Shown in pieces: positions 60,530 to 61,180 of a stretch of 61,180 bases of DNA. The notes under the pieces are model-generated. The model ran no database searches. It was not told the origin of the DNA and was given only the letters and a program-made list of their open reading frames with translations. This DNA comes from Nitrospinota bacterium (lineage in GTDB: Bacteria; UBA8248; JACPRG01; G963555815), in the NCBI GenBank assembly GCA_046758845.1, contig JBHIBA010000001.1, forward strand, positions 1 through 61,180, given 5' to 3'. Numbering within the stretch: position 1 is the stretch's first letter; the number at the start of each line of letters is the position of its first letter. Both the position numbers and the translations under genes were made by a program.

Positions 60530-60914
60530 GATACCCCCCAAAAAAGAAAACCCCGGAACACAGTCCGGGGGTCCTCCGGAAGAGATACCAGCCAACCCGC
60601 CAGGGCAAACGATAAATACCCGGGGATCGCAGCATCCCGTATACCATGTTCCGTCTCGGTCCCAAAACAGGATCCAAGCGGCGTCTGGATATAAACTTAA
60701 GCCCCGCCCGCCAGTCCGTCAACACCGTCGTTTTTCTTTCGCGGGACGCCGAGCTATCTTCGAGAGTCCGATAACTTGTCCGCTAGTTCTGTATGCTGGC
60801 CGCACCTGACGACATCCGTGACTTCACCCGGCACCCCAACTAGCATAAAAACATCTCAATACCACATTTTGATAAAATCAAACTGCCACCAACGGAGGGG
60901 GGGTAAAGTTCCCG

Positions 60915-61180
60915 ATGGGTTGTCCAAGGTGTGGTCGAGAGAATCGGCCTGGGCGGAAGTTCTGTACTGGCTGCGGGGCAGACCTGAGGGCCGTTTGTCC
61001 TTCGTGTGGAAGCCAGATCCAGCCCGGAGATACTTTCTGCGGTGAGTGCGGAAAACCCCTGGCGCAGCCAGCGGTTTTGAAGACGCCCCCGTCGGAGACC
61101 GAGCTAGCCGTCCCACCTCCGGACCAACCCACCTCCTTCGCCGGGGGACGTTACGAAGTCAGGAAGTTCCTCGGAGAAGG
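60915..61180 (+). CDS. double zinc-ribbon protein, probably continuing into a Ser/Thr kinase domain (5'-partial view, runs off window end)
   Basis: Own translation: MGCPRCGRENRPGRKFCTGCGADLRAVCPSCGSQIQPGDTFCGECGKPL...FAGGRYEVRKFLGE. The last residues resemble the start of a Hanks-kinase subdomain I. GGAGGGGGGG RBS. Confidence 0.6.
   Translation, partial: MGCPRCGRENRPGRKFCTGCGADLRAVCPSCGSQIQPGDTFCGECGKPLAQPAVLKTPPSETELAVPPPDQPTSFAGGRYEVRKFLGE

Noticed and set aside
60868-60882. 15-bp palindrome TTTGATAAAATCAAA upstream of the Zn-ribbon kinase gene
   Set aside because: It is short and AT-rich, and could be an operator. It is too small to distinguish from chance without comparative data.
1-61180. 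CRISPR arrays, rRNA genes, tandem repeat arrays, prophage or integrase genes
   Set aside because: I scanned intergenic regions by eye. No regularly spaced direct repeats, rRNA-like segments or tyrosine/serine recombinase motifs were found.

Overview
61.2-kb high-GC bacterial chromosomal window. It uses the standard code, with TGA as a normal stop, and the taxon cannot be assigned from sequence alone. Coding is dense and mostly on the minus strand.

Left third: a CoxM/S/G/L-type molybdo-flavoprotein dehydrogenase (large subunit runs off the window), a crotonase, an M24 enzyme, tRNA-Ala, and an extradiol dioxygenase / CDO-like cupin / DUF427 group. These are followed by a TetR-MFP-RND efflux operon with a trailing ECF sigma, and a GT39 glycosyltransferase.

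Middle: tRNA-Leu(CAA) is followed by a NitT/TauT-type ABC + creatinase-like + hydantoinase A/B block. Next come two decayed tRNA-Leu 3' copies, two outward-facing IS1380-like transposase remnants, and an AT-richer patch (Zn-ribbon GIY-YIG, orphan membrane and secreted proteins). A Liv-type ABC operon, an IS630 remnant abutting an asnB stub, and an S1-protease::WD40 fusion complete this part.

Right third: an envelope-glycan locus (waaA, two cytidylyltransferases, GT2, neuB, GT-C enzymes, MurJ-like flippase, epimerase, O-antigen ligase), then an FMN reductase, panB and the start of a Zn-ribbon kinase.

Most notable finding: two unlinked DsbA-fold genes each carry an in-frame TGA exactly at the first Cys of the CxxC motif (U-P-F-C), with a hairpin starting 11 nt downstream. 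They are candidate selenoproteins that ORF calling truncated.

Other observations: a 232-bp nested inverted-repeat element inside the glycan operon, att-like tRNA-Leu remnants, paired IS ends, and a chimeric HTH::DctQ ORF. No CRISPR array or rRNA was seen.
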